From: Girardia tigrina
Lineage: Eukaryota
NCBI GenBank assembly: GCA_001938485.1
Contig: MQRK01196814.1
Coordinates: forward strand, 72,367-130,540
DNA length: 58,174 nucleotides
Direction of reading: 5' to 3'
The notes under the pieces were generated by a model. It searched no databases and was not told the origin of the DNA. It saw only the letters and a program-made list of their open reading frames with translations. Below are positions 52,691 through 58,174 of this stretch, piece by piece; position 1 is the first letter of the stretch; every line of letters begins with the position of its first letter. The position numbers and the translations under genes are program-made.

Positions 52691-52749
52691 TAGTAACTTT
52701 TTGGTTTGGGTGGACTTTTTAAAGATCTTAGAAGCTCAAAACCATTTAA

Positions 52750-53200
52750 AGAGATGGAAGACCCACATTGGAGAATCTAATCGTCATCTGAAAACACTGA
52801 TTAAAGAACATGCACAGCTGAGTAGATCAAGTAAGGTTTTAGATCATTGCTTTGTTGCGAACATTTAACTTCGTCAATTTCAAAAAATTAATTTTCTATT
52901 CTTCAGACTAATTATGTTTCACATTATGAGACGTTGTATTGTAAATAATTGCTAATAAGACACTTTAACCAATTGATTAACATCTAAAATAAGAAAAGTA
53001 AAGCAGTTTTAATATTAAATATCTTTTATTAAAATAAATTAAAATAATCAATTTTTTTTACCATTTCATAATAAAAAATTGAAAAATATATTAAAACACA
53101 AAGTAATAAAATAAAATACATTACATCACAAATAAAGTTGTTGAAGATGATCGAAGATTGTGATCGAAATATATTTAACGTGGATTATTTTTTAAAAATG
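52750..53200 (+). mobile_element. PLE 3' fragment (GIY-YIG) with degenerate hammerhead at 53137-53179
   Basis: HIGESNRHLKTLIKEH...SKVLDHC; gttg-TTGAAGA-tgatc..gatc-GAAA-tatatt-taac. Confidence 0.75.
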
Positions 53201-54469
53201 CTTTGACAAATGCCTATTCTAATAATGTCAAATTATTGATATCTAGACTAAATATATATAAATAAAAGTATTTCTAAATTCCGAAAATAGAAATTCCCAT
53301 TAATATTTACTAATAAGTTGAGACTGTAGTAATAAAAAAGTAATTATTAGGCGGATTATACAGATTTTTAGGTAATAAAATTTACAATAAATCTTGTTAA
53401 TCATTCGCATTATTCGTAACTGAAAGCAAATACAAATGATGAACCATAGTGTATCATTAAAGTTTACAAAAGTTGCATATGTATGATATTTAGCTTTAAC
53501 TTTGTAACACCATAAATTATTTATTTTCCTTTTACTGCTGATAATATTTTCAAAATAGCTGAGAAACAAGTTAATAAATTCTATAATTGTTTGTCTTAAA
53601 AACTGTTTTTTATTATTTTTTTGGTCTTGTTATATAAAATAAAGTTGTCGACGACGGGAAAATCAAATTGCCTCTTCCAGTGACAACGTCTGTCTTTGCT
53701 GTTCTGTAGATTCTTTGATAAGGATTGAATTTTGCAATAACAAAAATAATATTAAATAAATAATATTTAATTTCATTTGTTAATAATTTTAATTTTTTTG
53801 AATGAATTTACGTTCTTAAATGCATTTTTTAAAATATTTATAAATAATCAACGGCTTTACTTTCCCATTTTAAATGGTAATTGATATGCAATAGATTTCA
53901 TTAAATATTAAGTTTTTAAATTAATTATTCTTTATTGGGGAGACAAAACCTTTTGTTATTTATGTTTCCTTATTATTAATTCATTATTTTTTTTATATAT
54001 TTTAATATCTATGCAATATTTTATGGTTAATTATTATACCAACTAATAATATGCATCAAATACTGTGAAGTCATTTTTAAAATTAATTTCTTATGAATTA
54101 TCAAATTATAAAACAAGTTTAAAGGAAGAATTCATATTACGATAAAAACCTCATTTCAAAGATAAGACACATTTTATAATATTTCTGAGTATCTATATTA
54201 ACATTTTGAAATATTAAGGAACATTACTTGTATGGGACTATACATACATGGGACTATGTATGAACAAAATAAAGTTGTATATAAATTTAGTTATTTTAGC
54301 TTGATCCAATATCATCAAGGAGCAGAGCCTAAAAAATTCAGATTTTCCAAATAACTGTTATGCTTCAAGAAGTATTTAAAAGTGGCTGTTCTGTAAATAT
54401 TAAATTAAGCGTTATGAATTTTTAGATTTAGACACTATTCTTATCACCATGGGATACTTTGGTTAAAAC

Positions 54470-54910
54470 CAGTGCCGGATTATTCATTAGGCAAAATAGG
54501 CAACTGCATAGGGGCCTCACGATAAAAAGATAAATATATTGTAGTATTGTGTTAGAAATGGTCACTCTACACTTATGAGTTTTAACTTCTAACAATGACA
54601 TTATTATTAAATTCATGAACTAAAGTTTTCTATTACAACCAGACCACGATGTCAGCCGCGCCACACCACTGCCGATTAAGATCGCACGGCGTCGGTGTCT
54701 GATTACAATATTCCAACATTTATGTTACCAGAAATTATCAAATTACCAAATTATGTTAACAGCTGCGCCACTGACAGTGAAATGAAAAATGGGCTAATTA
54801 CTTGACGGTTAAATTCGCAAATTACAATATGGGTTAGGTACTCTCATCGGGCCTCAGAACCTCTAAAGTTTTATTGCATATCGGCATCAACTGTGCTTAA
54901 TATGGCACTA
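54470..54910. mobile_element. Non-autonomous hAT element
   Basis: Ends cagtgccggatta / taatatggcacta; 8-bp TSD gttaaaac / gttgaaac. Confidence 0.6.
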
Positions 54911-55645
54911 GTTGAAACGTTAAAATGGGAAAACCTTAACTATTCCTTTGTTTGAATTCGATTTATTTAACCCTCATAGAATTTGTTGTTAAGGTATTTT
55001 ATAAAAGCTAAGTTAATTTAATATTTATTTATGAATAATAATTATTCATTAATTACAATATATAAAATAGAAATTACTTAATATATATAAAATCGTATAA
55101 GGCATTTGCATTCGATGACATTTTGTTCCTAAATGTTTAACAAAAAAAGGGAGAATAAATTATTAAGAGCTCTTTGATCTCATAAATATTTTAGCGGCCC
55201 CCGCTCAACCGAGCTTCCAAAACAAACAGTCGTAAATTATTCAAAATGAAAGAAGATTTTTAAAATATTCTTTTTTTAATATAATTATTATAAATATTAT
55301 TAATATTAATTTTCAATGTATGAATTTTTAAAATAAAAAGGATAATGTAGTTTATCGTATATTTTAAACGTTATTTTACGATAATGTTCTATGAATATGA
55401 TAAATTGTTTCCATTATATCGAACAATGGGATAAAATATACAATAATAATGGATTTCAGATATGTCCCCAATTGATTAATGAATTAATAATAAAATATGA
55501 ACATTTGCTATTCATAATAATATTAAAGGTGAAAATAATTTATAAATTAATAATTTTTGTTTTATAATTTATCAGGTAATAATAAATGAAAAATAAAAAT
55601 ATAATAAAGAAAAAAATAATAATAATAAAATTAATAATAATAATA

Positions 55646-56555
55646 ATTTTTTATGACAATTAATTTCGACGGTATAACCGTCATCGTCAGGTCTCAAGTA
55701 AAAAATGAATTTTAAATCAGCTTATACAAGTAAGCAGTGATTGTGTCATCAATGGATTATTATGTCATCTAAACACGCTCAATAGGGTTTTCGAGAAACT
55801 CGTTTGCATAATAATCTTAGGATTTAAAGATCTGATATAAAGTGCTTCACAGGCCACCCTCTCCCAATAGTTTTTAAAACGAGAACACAGAATTTAAAAA
55901 TTACTTATGTGTATATTTTCGTTTGAATTACAACACTTTCTGATAATGATAAAGAAGAATCAACAACTTTAAAATACGTTTTAAGCATTCCATATTCCGA
56001 ATGACTTGGTCAATTTAAACGTTCAATTTTAAAATATGTAAATAATGCGTTTAATTTAAAAAATAATATCACAAACTTATAAAATCCAAAATGTATTTTG
56101 TAATAAATCTTCAACCACATTTGGATTATGTTCGGATCTCGTATATAAATTTACATGTAATGGGTGTAATGCCACATACATTGGAGAGACTTCCCGTCAT
56201 CTTTGTAAGAGAATCCAAGAATACGGTCGGAATGAAGGTGGCAGTAATATTGCAGAACACTGAAAGGGTTGTAATTTTAACGAAAATATAAACATAAATA
56301 ATTTTAAAATTCTGTGTTCTCGTTTTAAAAACTATTGGGAGAGGGTGGCCTGTTAGGCACTTTATATCATATCTTTAGATCCTAAGATTATTGTGCAAAC
56401 GGGTCTTTCAAAAACCCTATTGAGCTTTTTTAGATGATACAATAATCCATTGATAACATAATCACTACTTGCTAATATAAACTGATTTAAAATTCATTTT
56501 TTACTTTAGCCCTGACGATGACGGTTATACCATCGACATTAATTGTCATAAAAAA
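55646..56555 (+). mobile_element. PLE 3' end with inverted pseudo-LTRs (arms ~55646-55910 and ~56292-56555)
   Basis: ~260-bp inverted repeat around LVYKFTCNGCNATYIGETSRHLCKRIQE...FKNYWERVAC. Confidence 0.9.
55655..55693 (-). ncRNA. Minimal type I hammerhead ribozyme with intact core
   Basis: gac-CTGACGA-tgacgg ttata ccgtc-GAAA-ttaaTT-gtc; the mirror copy at 56508-56548 has GAAA changed to GACA. Confidence 0.8.
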
Positions 56556-56799
56556 TAAATATTTAGTTAATAAATGGCATGTTTTTGTGTTTAAAAATAA
56601 TTTGCCATCATTTTTAATTTTTTGAATAATAATAATAATACTGTGAAAAGTTTCATCATAGTTTTATTTTAGTCTATTACTCTTTTTTTGACAATATTAC
56701 ATACAAAATGATGTTGGTTCATTTTTGAGACAAATTATAATTTTCTTGAAATCTCTTGGACCCGGGTAACTTTTTTTCTAGTCAAATATTCATCGATCT

Positions 56800-57300
56800 T
56801 ATAGTCCATGAAAATCTTTTTTGATTTGTTTTCAATGTCTCGGACTTCTCTCGATTTGTCACACAATGGATCGGTTTTGCGAGGGACTGACGCATTTCAC
56901 GATTTTATTGCGTCTGTCGATAATTGATTCGTCTGAAGTGATAATTGCAATGACTCGCGGCGTCGCTCACCTTGAACCTCGTGAGTGCCTTGTGACCCAC
57001 AGTGGCCTTCTCTGCCCAATTAGTAATTGGATTTCAAAGGTACTCAGTGAATGCGTGGACTGTCTTCAAGACTGCATAAATTTTCCTGATGTCTACCTGA
57101 ACGGTTTCGGTCTGTCAAAGCTTCACCAAATCTGCGTACAGCGCTGTCACGTTGCGTTACTCAACCTCAAACAACTGCACTGCACCTGGAGATTTGCTGA
57201 TACACGTTCAAGCAGAACAATCCTCATGCAAAATAATACTCCATTCTTCGATTCATTTTGTCATTTGCACCGTTTATCGTCACTCTCTCTATGTATCACA
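56800..57300 (-). mobile_element. Possible Tc1-like remnant
   Basis: Minus-strand VRRFGEALTDRNRSGRH resembles the Tc1 DNA-binding linker; raised GC. Confidence 0.3.
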
Positions 57301-58174
57301 AAATATTGTGTCTCCATAATAAATCGATTTTTTACGGTCGTAATTTGACTCGATTTTTTCGTTAATACGTAGCGATAAACATGGAAGGAATAATGAATTT
57401 ATTTTCAAATGAAACCCCAACATAAAGGCAGTGGTCAAATCGTTTTATTTAAACAAAATTTATTCTTTCGCTTTTTGATTTCTTTTATTCACAAAAATTT
57501 TTTTGGATCCAAAACAAATTATTTCTTTGCAACAAATTTTTAAAAAATTTATGTTCTACAAATTCGGTCAAATTATTTTTTTAAATGATTCCATTAAAAT
57601 TACTGAAATGTTTTATGTAACATTTAATGAAAGTAGTTCAGAAAGAAGGAAATTGTTGCAAAAGAAAATGTAAAAAATTAATTAAAAGGGGTAAAAGTCA
57701 TAGGAGTAAAGGTTATCAACAGAAATGAAACAATTCCGCCACAAATAAATTTTTATCACTGGACAAATTAAATGTTTCAATTAAATGTAAAAAACATGAA
57801 TTACAATATTCGAGGACATTGAGATGGAACTTATAAAATAATTATTATCAATCGAGTATAAAAATATTGTTCATTTGTTGGTCAAATTTCCATAAAAAAA
57901 TTATATTTTCTAAAAATAAAAAATTATCAATTATATATTCGTATAAAAATGAACTCTGATCTCAACATGTGAATATGTTAGGAAGATGAGAAGGGTTCAG
58001 GCATAAATTTAATTTTCTCCTAATTCCAAGCAGATTCTACTGTTTTAGATTTTTATTTCATACTAGCTCTTTTGAATATTATTTATATTATATTATTGAG
58101 ATAGTGTAATGCAGACAAAAATTTATATTTCAATACCATTTTCTTATGTTTGACAATGAGCTTTTTAGCTCTTT

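Noticed and set aside
56821-57348. 175-aa + strand ORF
   Set aside because: No recognisable domain and no ATG start; probably the antisense of a TE remnant

Overview
Very AT-rich animal genomic DNA, probably a freshwater planarian (inferred from the 52-bp intron, composition and TE repertoire; not provable here). The only intact host gene is a + strand KCNQ (Kv7) potassium channel. Four of its internal exons are visible (S2 to S6; 127/176/126/111 bp), separated by introns of 52 bp, 6.8 kb and 28 kb, with a further >19 kb containing no exon I could find. The introns hold many decayed and nested elements: mariner/Tc1, hAT-Buster, a Chapaev-like element, MULE, Helitron and MITEs, a Gypsy LTR element, an R2/NeSL-like fragment, a 5S-rRNA-headed SINE, and many Penelope-like (PLE) pieces with minimal hammerhead ribozymes. 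There are also intronless host-gene fragments (BTB, eEF2, histone H3). Least explained signals: (1) a recurring two-box motif (CCATCTGGGTGGGAGAA - variable C/A-rich spacer - AAATATTCCTCACA) tied to a shared Cys-motif leader and to PLE sequence; (2) a 1.14-kb TG...CA insertion with a target-site duplication that carries an ankyrin-repeat ORF; (3) a 5S-derived SINE head that keeps the 5S fold by compensatory changes; (4) a patchwork of captured gene fragments next to the Gypsy gag.
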